The notes below the pieces were generated by a model. It did not search any database, was not told where the DNA came from, and saw only the letters and a list, made by a program, of their open reading frames with translations. A DNA stretch of 64,000 nt, from NCBI RefSeq assembly GCF_021869535.1, contig NW_026262745.1:8618001-8682000 (forward strand). The letters are read 5' to 3'. Shown piece after piece: positions 38,130-50,945 of this stretch (the stretch's first letter is position 1; every line of letters starts with the position of its first letter). Source of the DNA: Mytilus californianus (Eukaryota). A program made the position numbers and the translations under genes.

Positions 38130-40935
38130 ATCATGCATCTAAATGTCTTTTTAATGTAAAACTTAACCCTGAGATGTTATGACAGTTCAATTCATCGATT
38201 TAAAGAAAATCATGACTGGTTTTTTAGAAAATTTATCTAATCAGTGTAAAACTTATGAGATTTACGAAGATCCCAATTTATGATGCATGAAAAATTCCAA
38301 TGCTTAATTACCTTGAAGTCTTTTGAGATTTAGATAAAAGAAAAAAATTAATTGAATAATAATGCTGTAGTCTAACTACCTGAAGTTGGTGTTGAGGGAA
38401 TTCGAAACCATAACAAAGAGTAGATAAAACAATATACTATAAAAATCAGAACAGCACTTTTTACTACGCATAAATAGATAAAGATTGAAAAATAAGAAAC
38501 ATGCAAAACAATAATGAAGAATACAGTATAAAAGAGAGCTATTAGTACCAGTACAAATAGTAGATGTCTATTATAGAATCGGATCTTTTACTATCATTGT
38601 TTTATTGGAAAACTGATTAAATCACTAATTAAAAGAACTGTTTAAATAATATCCCTAAATTTGATTCTATTACATCAAAAATTAACACTAGTTTAAATGT
38701 AAACATATTAATTGAAGGTTTATCGAGGTACAGCAATGTCAAGAACTTTATAGAAGTAATCTACTAGCTCGTTATTGGATAAATTGATCTTCCACGATCG
38801 TCTGAATGAAAACAATCCAATGATTTTGTATGTTTATTCGTTAAAACATGGAAAATTTAAAAGAAGGGACATATTCAATTTGTTTTGTGCCTGAATAGAA
38901 GTTCACCATGACAAATGTGAGATGAATGGATAGAACAAAACGAATTACGTGAAAAGAAATGGAATTCATTACTATGCACTGATTGATATATGGCTTTTTG
39001 TTTTAAATTTTGCACTTTTCTTCAAGTGATCAAGAGGAAATTGATCACAGAATCAGATTTCTTTAATCAGGAATTAACTTTCCAAGAAATATTATCTTAA
39101 GCTCAAAATGCAATTCTCAATCAAATACTAAAAGTTTTGTCGTTGATAAATTCATAATTAAATGTTTGGTTCATTTTTCTGATTGAATGATAAATTTGCA
39201 ATCTGATTTTGAGTTACACTCGTTGCCGTTCATCTAAGGGTTCTTATAACTGCTGTAACATTTGGAAACAGAACTGTTGCTTAGGAATATCTTTTTTGTT
39301 GATCAAATTATTAATCAAGAAAGTTTTAAAATAGACAAAGTTAAAAAAAAAATTGAATGGAATCTTCTTTTACCCATCGGTAAACTAAAGAAAAATAAGT
39401 ATTTCTTCTATGAATTATTATATGACAAATAAAGATTATAAAAAAGCAATCATGTGAAATTAGGAAGTTGAATTGAGCCAGTACTAGTTCGTTAGATGGC
39501 CCTTGAAATTGACATTTGTATGATGAAGTGACTTATCAATATTCAGTGGGTAATATTTGGTGAAGACTGGAGAAAACTTATCGTGTGATTGGAAATAAAA
39601 CATGACAGTCCAGGAAATATTGTCTGGAAACACGACCCTGAATAATAAATGGATTTTAATGTAGAAAATTATCTGGCTTCAAAGGAATGGAAAATTTGAA
39701 ACTAAAACAAATGATCATGTCTATTGGAAAGTTGATAAAAAGCAATTAATTTTATTTATATATAATATGATAAGACATTCTTGTTTCAGTATTTCATTTC
39801 ATGGATAAATAGCAAAGATTCTTGCCTTTCTAAATAGAATTTTTGTTTTGGTTGCAATTAAAAGTTAGAATTAGATAAATAAGAATTAGATAAAAAGAAT
39901 AATTTTTAGTAAATGATTTCATGCACATGTGAAAGTTCATTGTTCGTACATAATCCAGAGAAATTTTCTAAAACAAAAGGAAAACTACACTAAGAACATT
40001 AGTTGGACTCGAGGGATTACTGAACTGTTTGGTAGTATAACATGTGATGTACCAAGTAACAGTATAACATCAAATCTATAGAGAAATAATTTTAATCAAC
40101 TATTCTCAACTGTAATTAACAGACAACTGACACTCCTTGTTTGAAATTTTTCATTCAAATTACATGGAAAATTATCATTTTTATAAGGTACAATTTGAAT
40201 TTGTAGATTTTTATAGTTGAATGTCATATTCATGCATTGGTTATTAGACAAATCTTCAAAAGTCAACTTGCGTCTTTTTAAAGTGTTTGACAAACTGTCT
40301 CGTCATCTTATTTCTGGAGATGATTGTTTATGGAAATCGGCTCTTTTTGAATAACATTGTTGTAATATGGAATCTTACTTGGTGATTAAGCATAAAAGGA
40401 ATGTATTCCGATGAGGACCATAATAGTAAAACACAAATATATTTGCTCAACTGAAAAGTTATAATAATGCTTCGAGACTACAATTTACGGAAGCAACATA
40501 ACATTAACGAACTTTGTCATTACAATTGGATAAAAAGAAGCTTTGATCCCAATATGGTATGTTCACATAGAAAGCGAACTAGAAAATTTAACTTTAATAT
40601 ATATGGAACGTTATACAGACGATTGAACAGATTTGAAAAGACTTGGACATTTCATCACAATCCTTTGCCAGGTAGGATGGAAAATATTGTCAGAAATTAT
40701 CTTTTTGAATTTAATGATGAGTACGGAATAGTACAGAAATTAATTTTCTATACAAAATCATTTGAACATATCATTTGTTTTAACGACTACAGAAATAGTA
40801 ATAAATAATTTACAGGTGAACTCCCAGTATGAACTTGGAATTACTATATTGACATCAAAGAAATAATAAAACTATAAAAACATGTTCAAACATATAAAAT
40901 CATAGTAGGTATATTCTTTTAAAAAAATAATAAAA
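38130..40935 (+). mobile_element. decayed L1/Tx1-like LINE ORF2 (linker, RT, C-terminus)
   Basis: NQNSTFYYA, CLNNIPKF, EKKWNSLLCTD*Y (38951-38989, like KNWRPISLLCTDYK), KSFVVDKFIIKCL, and the C-terminal remnant ORF 40467-40808, followed by an A-rich end. Confidence 0.6.
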
Positions 40936-43139
40936 CTTGTTAATCCTGTAGGCTTTATTTTGCATAATTTGCATAATACAAAACTTATTAGAAATGTATT
41001 AAATAATTCTGTTAAGAAAAGTTTGTTTTTGTCAGTTTTCATGAGAGAAAAATGTTAACAATGACAAAAGACTACAAAATCAGGAATTAAGGACTTAAAT
41101 TACTCAAATGTTTTATAGTTATGGCGAATTTATTCTTAGGATAACTTCTCTGATGTATGCTAAATTTTCATGCATTAAAATTATGGTGAATTTGTTCTTG
41201 AGATAACTCCTCTGATGTGTTCCAAATCTTCCTGCATTTTCGCTTTCAACCAGTTTGTGTGTTGAAATAAAATAGGATTTTGTTAAACAATTAAAACATT
41301 TGAATTAAATGATATTTATAGACCTTCCAGAAATAGGTCTATTTCACCCTCAATTAGGCCATAAAAAAGAATATGTTTGTTTGCCCTAACCCTATCTACC
41401 CAGAAAATAGCAGCCTGATCAAAATCTTTTATTGTCCTGATGTGAAAAGTATTTTTTTCAATCAGATTGGCATGAAGACTAAAAAACATCTGACACTTCA
41501 ATTTCTCTTTGTCGAAAAAAAGAGAAAATGCCTATCTACATACCCACTGATTTTTGCTCCCTGCCCCCCCCCCCCCCCCCCCCTTGGGTATTTCAACAAG
41601 TGTTTTTTTTTTTTTAAAGTTTATTTGTTTTTTAATACTACATGTTAAGTTTTCTTTAAAGTTTCCAAAGTGAAATAAAATTGAGAATGGAAACAGGGAA
41701 TACATCAAAGAGACAACAACCCGACCAAAGAGCAGAAAAAAGCCCAAGGCCACCAGTTGGTCTTCAGTGCAGCGAGAGAATCCTGCACCCAGAGGCAGGT
41801 TTCAGCTGGCCCCTAAACAATGAGAATATTTTTTTAAAACTACATGTTAACTTTATGTTAAAGTTTCCAAAGTGTTACTTCTAATCTTCAATCCAAATTA
41901 AATATAATAATTCATTGTAGGCTATAGATAGTACCAATGCCAGGTTATTCCCAAAAGTGAACTCTTGCATAATAATCTTCAACATGTCACAGAAAAACCT
42001 TTCATCCATTACTTTTTCTTTAGTGTTGCTCTGTAATTGACAACTAAAAAATTGCAAATAAAGTTTTTTTGACATTGAACGCAACATTGAAACCTGAAGG
42101 GAGAAAACTTGTTCTACTCTGTTAATTTTTTCATTTGACTTTTAAAAATTTTGTCACTTGAGATAAAATTCTTGAACTTTAATGTGTACTAGAGTAATAT
42201 TAATGTGTTTTACTGTAATCCCAAAACGTATGTGAAATTGACATATAAATAGAAAATTTTCCTAAGAATGAAAGCCTCCGAACAGGCATAATTTTTGAGC
42301 CAGTGACAATTTTTCACTCCGCAAAATTCTTCATCCTTAGGACTCATGACACAGACTTTAATTTGCTTTAAAAGACATTAAGTTTTATGACCCATTTTTA
42401 TCAGCTTTAAGAAAGATGGAATTATTTTTCCCCTTGACATAAATCTTGACATTATGTCATTGTCATGGGAACATCACTTGTTCTTGGAAAAAATAGTATA
42501 TTATGCAACATTCAGACTTTTTTAAGGATTTATTCTTACACATTAGACTATGCATTTATGTTTTTCTCCATTAAACTGTGTTAGTTGATTAAAACATCTC
42601 ATGTTACATACATTTATTTTAGTTTATTGCTTTGACAATAAAGGGTGTTCCAATATTGAGACTAACATCCAGAATTCTGGCCTGGTTTTTGAGTGGGTGG
42701 CAGTAAAATATCACGATCAAAATTCTATTGCCATACAGCTTTACTATTGTCTGTTTGACGACCAAATTATGAAAATAAAATTTTATATATAAGAATTTGT
42801 TTTTAAATGCTAACTTTTGAAATAGGAAATTTTTTAATGAATTGGCCATCGGTTGATTTTAGTATAAATATAACTTTAGTTTTAGCAGATATTCACTTGA
42901 ACAATTCTGATTTCAACAACAATTTGTTTTAAAAGATAGTTCATGTAATTTTGCATATAATATAGCTTCTATTTAAGGACAAAGAAGTGGTTGTGAGATA
43001 TTGTCTCTGCTTTAACATGATCCCAGAAAAAAACCAAAGTACAGTTAGCCTTGCCTTAATATAATAATTATCACAACCAGAACACTTATATAATACACAT
43101 GGTTTGTGATGTGACATGATAACAGACAACACTACACCC

Positions 43140-43980
43140 TCTGCTAAGACCTGTTTACAGACAACAGTTCATCAGATGGCCTTTACTGTGACATAATAAG
43201 ATATAACAATACAACTGGTGGCATTTACCTTGACATAATCGCAGATATAACAATACAACTGGTGGCATTTACCTTGACATAATCGCAGATATAACAATAC
43301 AACTGGTGGTTTTTTCCTTGACAAAATAAGAAATAAAATTTCATCAGATGGCTTTTACTGTAACATAATAAGAGATACCGCTACAACTTTCAGCCTTTTC
43401 TGTGACATAATAAAAGACAATATGATCACAGGTGGCTTTTATGGTGTCATGATAACAGACAACACTATAACAGGTGGCCTTTATGGCAAAATGATAACAG
43501 ACAACACTACAAAAAAGTGGCCTTCAACTTAACATGATAACAGACAACAACACTACAACAGGTGGCCTTCACCCTTGACATGATAACAAACAACACTACA
43601 ACAAGTGGCCTTCACCCTTGACATGATAACAGACAACAACACTACAACAAGTGGCCTTCACCCTTGAAATGATAACAGACAACAACACTACAACAAGTGG
43701 CCTTCACCCTTGACATGATAACAGACAACACTTCAACAAGTGGCCTTCACCCTTGACATGATAACAGACAACACTTCAACAAGTGGCCTTCACCCTTGAC
43801 ATGATAACAGACAACAACACTACAACAAGTGGCCTTCACCCTTGACATGATAACAAACAACACTTCAACAAGTGGCCTTCACCCTTGACATGATAACAGA
43901 CAACACTACAACAAGTGCCTTCACTGTGACATGATAACAGACAACATTATACAGCAGGTAGCTATTGTTTTGACATAGAG
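43140..43980. repeat. 37-40-bp minisatellite, about 20 copies
   Basis: Core unit acaacaagtggccttcacccttgacatgataacagacaac(aac)act; homogeneous at 43545-43925 and degenerate towards the edges. Confidence 0.92.
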
Positions 43981-44807
43981 AAAACATTCCAAAAAGGTGG
44001 CCTCTGGAGAATGATCACAGTTAACATTGTAGCAAACATCCCCTTCTTCATCTATAAATGATACCAGGGCTGTTAATGATGCAAACATGAAGTTAATCTG
44101 CTACTTCAATGCTTGGAACAGAACAAAAAGGATTGTATTTAAAGCATGATTACCAGTCTTGCTTCTTCTTTTTATTAGCATTAAAACAATATTCATAAAA
44201 GTGTTAATTAATTTTCTTGCAATTTGAATTTTATGTAGAACTATTTAAGGGATATATTATCTTGAAATAAGTAATGTTTATGTGAAATATAATGAATCTT
44301 AGATTTATCCAGTTCCAAAGTGCTGAACTAAGGCGGCAGTAGTTTACCTGATGTTTTTACAAGTAGCTTTTTAGAGAAATGAAATAGATATGGCAACTTC
44401 CTCCCAAGAAAACGGTTAACTAATGTGGGATTTTGTTTATAAAGAATTGTATTTATATTATAGCATGTACTAGGGTATTATCAACAGAAGAGAATGAAAG
44501 CAATTTAACATCATAAATCTTCCATTTATTGTAGAATTATGAAATGCAAAATTATTTATGATATGCATTATCTTATAAAAGTAGTAATGACACTTTACAG
44601 GAGATGAGTATATCATGTTGTATTGATCCACCGTCTTTTTAAGGAAAGCAGAGTACGGTATTTATAAAGAATAGGAAGATGAACAATTAAGAGTTTGTAA
44701 GTAAACATCCTAAAACAAGGAAATTGGCAACATCAGACAAAGAAATATAAATAGAACCTCAGCTAATTTGGCAGGTTTTTCCTTATGACCATCAGTGAAA
44801 ACTTTTT

Positions 44808-45300
44808 TGGTCATGGTGTTGTCTGTCTTTCTATTGGCCATGATGTTGTCTTCTTTCTATTGGTCATGGTTTTGTCTGTCTTTCTATTGGTCATGGTTCT
44901 GTCTGTCTTTCTATTGGTCATGGTGCTGTCTGTCTTTCTATTGGTCATGGTGTTGTCTTTTTTCTATTGTCATGGTTCTGTCTGTCTTTCTATTGGTCAT
45001 GGTGTTGTCTTCTTTCTATTGGTCATGTGTTGTCTTTCTTTATATTGGTCATAGTGCTGTCTGTATGTCTATTGGTCATGGTGTTGTCTTCTTTCTGTTA
45101 GTAATGATGTTGTCTGTCTTTATATTGGTCATGGTGTTGTCTGTCTTTATATTGGTCATGGTGTTGTCTTCTGTCTATTGGTCATGGTGTTGTCTTCTTT
45201 CTATTGGTCATGGTGTTGTCTGTCTTCATATTGGTCATAGTGTTGTCTGTCTTTATATTGGTGATGGTTGTCTTCTTTATATTGGTCATGGTGTTAACTG
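44808..45300. repeat. 26-27-bp minisatellite, about 18 copies
   Basis: Unit ggtcatggtgttgtctgtctttctatt; explains ORFs 44785-45054 and 44795-45358. Confidence 0.93.
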
Positions 45301-46939
45301 TCTTTCATTGGTTTTTGGATGTTCCCTTGGTATTTTTGACTTTTTAAACTATAGATGAATTAAAGATATGTGGAGACATTTTTTTCCTTTTTATTGGAGA
45401 ATTTGATATTGTATTGCAGATCAATGAAAGTTTCTGTTCAGTATGTATTCACATTTTGTTTTAGAAATAGGACAATCTAGAGAGCTTAATATATTTGATA
45501 GAAGCCTATCAACTGTTTAAGACTGTTTGTTGCCTGTAGATGTTTTTGGTTATTTCCGTCATTGGGATGTTATTTATTGATATATAACCTACATTTTTTT
45601 TTATTTGTATATAGTAATTAGTCAATCTGATTTTGTTTGTAAAGTCTGTAGGACCTGAAATGCATCAGTAATACACCAATTATAGTGAACACACAAATAT
45701 CATTTCAGATTTAATTCATTTAGATATTCTCAGAATTGCCAATTGTGACAGTTATATGTATCATGTTGGGATTTAGGAGATCATTCAAACATAAACCCTG
45801 ATTTCTTGTTTTGGTTATTAACTTTGTTGAATAAAGTTATTTATTAGTTTTGACAGCTCGTCATCTTTCTGAATTGGATATTGATAAAATATTGTCATGG
45901 TATTACAGAGACTGTATCAGAAATTCAGAAAGCCATAGTCTCAGAGGTGCGGAAGCAGAATTTTTTATGAGGAATTTCTAAAAAGTATTGTTTATTTAAA
46001 ATTAATCATCAATTTAGAATGAGTAAATATTCCAAGGAGATATTATTTCAAACAAACATGAAACTTAATGTGATAAATGAGATTTTTCACAGAAAATTTT
46101 TATTTCAAAAATATTCTTCCATCATGGGTCAAACTGAAGGCTCATAAATATCAGGACATGAAAAAATGAGAATCAGAACATTTGCATTTCAAGTAGTAAT
46201 ACAAACTAGACATCAGAACATGGTTAGGAAGATAAAAAATAGTTTGTAATAAAAAAACAAAAATAACACAAGTACTTTATGACAAATAAATGTTGTTGGT
46301 TTTTTTTTATTGTTTCATATTTTTTTGTGCTGTGGTCTTTTATAGCTGACTGTATGGTATAGGTTTTGCTCATTGTAGAAGGCCTTACATGTTTAGTTAT
46401 TTTACATCCTTTTCCTTTTTTCTCTGATGGATAATTGTCTCATTGACAATCATACCATATATAAATAATATAAAGCTGAAAAGGTGACTCCAAAAAATAA
46501 AAGGAAATATTCAGCTCGTCATGTTTCAGGCTTGTGATTTGTTTTGAAAGTTCTCTGTAGCAGCAGTTTAGGTCTGTACTTACTAATGAACATTAACTGA
46601 AAAAAGGTGTCTTGGATCATTATGAATGTCAAATGTTACCTGTTAATTACAGTTTGCATGTCACATAATTACCTTTTGTTTGATCTGTTCGTTAGGACAT
46701 AACACGAAAATAGGAAATGATTTTCTGTATTTGTGGGAAATAATCTGTAATCAATCAATCAATTACTGCCCGAACACTTTGATTACTGACAAAACAAGTT
46801 TTTCTTGTAAGATTGGAAGGATAAACAGACTCAGTACCAACTTGCCACTTTGAACTTTTTTTTATACTCAATGATTTTGACTGCTTGTAATTGATTTTAT
46901 AAAAATATCTAAATTGATAAAGTTGTTTTTTTCATTTAG

Positions 46940-47014
46940 CAAATTTCTTAGAGGTCAAAAAGAGTTCACGAATCCCTCAGGTGCTGCAGTACATCGAAGG
47001 CTTTTGTAGACATA
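46940..47014 (+). CDS. candidate coding exon (NFLEVKKSSRIPQVLQYIEGFCRH)
   Basis: tttttttcatttag acceptor and cata|gtatga donor. GC-richer than its flanks. Only the phase 1 to 1 frame is open, matching the phase-1 start of the 57302 exon. Confidence 0.5.
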
Positions 47015-47056
47015 GTATGATTGAAATATTATGTACGTTCAAGGATCAGTTACTAT

Positions 47057-47214
47057 ATAGAAATAAGAAGACGTGGTATGAGTGCCAATGAGACAACTCT
47101 CCATCCAAGTCACAATGTGTAAAAAGTAAACAATTATTGTTCAAAGTACAGGCCTTCAACACAGAGCCTTAATGGTTCACACCGAACTGTTAGTGAGCAA
47201 GCTTTAAAGGGCCT
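47057..47214 (+). repeat. truncated mussel-type interspersed repeat
   Basis: Same start motif as 36760. Confidence 0.8.
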
Positions 47215-48109
47215 ATGTTTGTATTATGAGAAGAAATTGATTGAAATAGTTTTTTAGTCACATTTCATTTAGTAATCTGAAAATCCAAAGCTGTATCAGG
47301 TAAAGAAGAGAAAAGGAATATGACATGAACATCAATAGGAGCCCTTTTTTTATCCTTGTTTGTATGGCCAGTCATTGAAACTCATATGAAATTACATATG
47401 AATTCTTTTTCTTCCTCCCTTGAATTTGAATATTTAAATTTACTTCCTGATATCTTAATGTTCATGAAATTCTTCTTCAGCTCAATTAAGGATATATAAT
47501 ATTTTCAATATTACTAAATCTTAGATATTCTTCTATTTTTGTAGATGACAATGGCTTTATTCGTGATTATGAAATTTGAGTAAAGTTAAATTGCTATAGC
47601 ATAAATGTGTTGGTTTTAGATATTATTGCTATTTCATGACAGAGGTGGTGTGTTCTGTTCTAATGTACATTATGGATTAATTTTGATATTATTCTTATTT
47701 CATAAAACATGCCAACATATTCGTGACTAATCTATGAATTATAGTATACAATGAAATAGTCAGTTTTGCATTATAATATCAGTATGAAAAGAATTTTTGG
47801 GAGAATAATATAAGTACTGCAGATTTATTTATTTTATGTAAATTAAGGAAAAAAATATATTTTCATGGATTCATGATTTCTTGGTTTTAACACATTCTGC
47901 ATAAAAGCCTATAAAAAAATCTGTATTTTGGTTAACACTTTAACTTTCTGTTTCCTTGAATACTTTAAAAACAAATTCATTGTCCATTTTATATCCATGA
48001 AATCCTTTAAATTTTATAGCTCACAAATATTAACAAATTCACAGGATGCATGATGTAATTAAAATATTTTTCAAAATCATGAAAATTGAATCTGAATGTT
48101 ATCTAAGAA

Positions 48110-48466
48110 TTGAATGCTTCTTTTTGTAAATTCATTGGGGTGTAAAAGCGTTGACCGAAGTACATTTTGTATGAAGCTCATAAGCGCTTCATTCTGAAAA
48201 TGCATGCACGGTCAACGCTTTTACAATCCTATGAAATTACTAAAAGAAGCATTCAATACTTATAATTACATTTTTCCGCTATGATCATGAAAACACGATT
48301 ACTATCATTTTTTCTTTTATTTACCTGTGCATTTTATTGTGGAAATGTGTGTCATCATGTATGTTACAATTCATGAAATTCATTTTGAAATGAAGAATGA
48401 TGTGAGATTGCTGTTAGCCAATCAAAATAACGTATTATAATGAAACATACATCTAATGTAATTATA
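48110..48466. mobile_element. palindromic non-autonomous element (class uncertain, possibly Crypton-like)
   Basis: 147-bp imperfect hairpin at 48110-48256, directly followed by a segment bounded by the 12-bp inverted repeat tataattacatt (48261) / aatgtaattata (48455). Confidence 0.55.
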
Positions 48467-48699
48467 TGGAAATGATAGGACCAATGATTTTAGAATAAAG
48501 AGTTTATGAAAAAATTGATTACTTGAGAAAATAGTCACATTATTATATAAGTTTTACTTCATTTTTGAAATGTAAAAAAAATATGTGTTTTTTAAAACAC
48601 ATCAGATATAAGGAATCTGAATATAAGGAAATACTGTAACAAGTCAACAACCAAACAAAGCAATAAAACACAGATTTCTGGTATAAATTATATGTAACA

Positions 48700-49110
48700 A
48701 CCACTAATCCCTTCCATAGAAGATTCCCTTATCATTAACTTTTATTGAAGAAAATTTGTCCGATGTCTTTAATATTCTTTCTAATTTGATTGATTACAAG
48801 GATTAGACAAGGCAACTTAGCTCTCCAAACTTTATTGAACAGCACATCAAGAATTATTTGGGATCTTTCTTACAAATTATAAACATTTCATTTTGTAACA
48901 GAGTATCGTGTGTAATTAGGTGTTAGATTGCTGTTTCAAAGGAAAGTATCCAATTTGTTAAAATTGAACCGAAGGCTGATATCCGTTTCTCTGACAGTTT
49001 GATGAGGAATTCAGTATAAATTAGAATTTTCTACTCAGTTCAAGAATCTGGCTGATTTTCATTAGTATAACCAGACATAATTTGTCATTATGGAAACTCC
49101 AACCTCTTTC
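48700..49110 (-). mobile_element. decayed LINE RT fragment
   Basis: Minus strand DTLLQNEMF../QIILDVLFNKVWRAKLP resembles D.I.NEMLK..L..LFN.IW...P. Confidence 0.4.
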
Positions 49111-49637
49111 ACTAGCTCTGTTGCAAGTATTTTACACTTAGGTCAATATTTACCATGAAAGATACAAAAATACAGATTTAATCTCTCACTTGCACTGTTT
49201 CAAGTATTCTTACACATGGTCAATATTTGCCATAAAAAATACAAAAATCCAGATTTAATTTCTCACGTCCACTGTTTCAAGTATTTTTATACGTGGACAA
49301 TATTTACCATGAAAATGAAAGTAGTCAACATTTGCTGGTCATTTTAACTGACCTTTTGCTCTTGGACATATTCATCATCATATGAATGTAAGAAAAAAAA
49401 AATGATTTTATTGTATATTTTGAAATGAGATCCAATCCTTGAACATGGTTATAACTAATAATGTAGGGTTTTTTCAGTTGAATCAAGGGACTCATATTTT
49501 TTGTCTTGGCTTAAGTCCATTAGTCAAGTTAGTTACGGAAAATATCAATATCAACATTATCAAACCATTAACTGATCATTTAAGCTGTCTAATGTCTATA
49601 TATTATGGGGTATTCAGTTAAAGATTACTAATTTCAA

Positions 49638-50945
49638 TTTTTATACAACCGCAAAAAAAATTTTGTGGTCGTATATTGGTATGACGTTGGCTTCGTTGTT
49701 GTCGTCGTTGTTGTCGTCGTCGTCCGAAGACACATTAGTTTTTGCACTCTAACTTTAGTTTAAGTGAATGGATCTCAATGAAATTTTACCATAAGGTTCA
49801 ATACCACAAAAGGAAGGTGGGGATTGATTTTGGGGGTTATGGTACCCACAGTTAAGGAATTAGGGGCCAAAAATAAGCATTTTTGTAACTTCCAGACATA
49901 ACTTATGTGTAAGTGTATGGATCTCTCTGACATTGTATCACAAGGTTCCATATCACAAAGGGAATGCTGGGGTAGATTTTGGGGGTAATTGCCTCCAAAT
50001 TTTAGGAATAAGGGGCCAAAAAGGGGCTAAAAACAAGCATTTTTCTAGATTCATGACAATAACTTGTGTGTAAGTGTATGGATCTTTATGAAATTGTACT
50101 ACAAGGTTCCATATCACAAAAGGGAAGGCGGAATTGAGTTTGGGGGTAATTGCCCAAAAAGTTTAGGAATAAGGGGCCAAAAAGGGGCCAAAAATAAGCA
50201 TTTTTCTAGTTTCCAGACAATAACTTGTGTTCAAATGTATGGATCTCTCTGAAATTGTACTGCAAGGTACCATACCACAAAGGGAAGACTGGGATTGATT
50301 TTGGGGGTAATTCCCTCAAAATTTTAGTAATTAGGGGCCATAAAAGGGCATAAAAACAAGCATTTTTCTAGTTTCAGAACAATAACTTGTGTGTAAGTGT
50401 ATGGATCTTTATGACATTGTACTGCATGGTTCCATATCACAAAGGGAAAGCTGGGTTTGAGTTTGGGGGTAATTGCCCTAAACGTTTAGGAATTTGGGGC
50501 CAAAAAACAAACATTTTTCTAGTTTCCAGACAATAACTTGTGTTCAAGTGTATGGATCTCTCTGAAATTGTACTGCAAGGTACCATACCACAAAGGGAAA
50601 GCTGGGATTGAGTTTGGGGTGATGAATCATAAGGGGGTTCAAAAAATTGGGGGGGATGATTTTTTTTTCCTTTTTTTTCTTTAAAATTTTCCAAATTGGT
50701 TATTTCTGATTTATATATAAAAGCAAATAATAATGATATGGTTTGAATAGGTAAATTTAAAATTTTTTAAGTTCTTAGACCACTTTCATTCTGTGTGAGA
50801 AACCTATGCTGTGTCAAATATTTAATTACAATCCAAATTCAGTGCTGTATCAAGCTTGAATGTTGTGTCCTGCATACTTGCCCCATCTGTTCAGGGTTCG
50901 ACCTCTGCGGTCGTATCAAGCTGCGCCCCAGAGGAGCATTTTATT
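49638..50945 (+). mobile_element. HINE family D, with both ends
   Basis: 5' atacaaccgc..gtggtcgtat hairpin, (gtc)n tract, about 5 repeats of about 161 bp, 3' gcggtcgtat subTIR plus gctgcgcc..ggagc hairpin. Confidence 0.9.

Noticed and set aside
40467-40808. 113-aa ORF as an independent gene
   Set aside because: It fits the C-terminal part of the decayed L1/Tx1 ORF2 at 38130-40935.
41880-42480. Possible further LINE RT remnant on the minus strand (similarly 1860-2050)
   Set aside because: Motif similarity is too weak to support by eye.
44785-45358. Hydrophobic 187-aa and 89-aa ORFs resembling a membrane protein
   Set aside because: They are translations of the 27-bp minisatellite.
45857-45946. 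Exon candidate RHLSELDIDKILSW..
   Set aside because: The donor is ambiguous (45899 or 45946), two frames are open, and the opposite strand weakly resembles a LINE remnant.
49118-49315. 77-bp x 2.5 tandem duplication, and similar short doublets at about 590-650, 11570-11620, 11735-11815, 29340-29430, 41120-41240 and 63655-63712
   Set aside because: These are ordinary local slippage duplications with no further structure.
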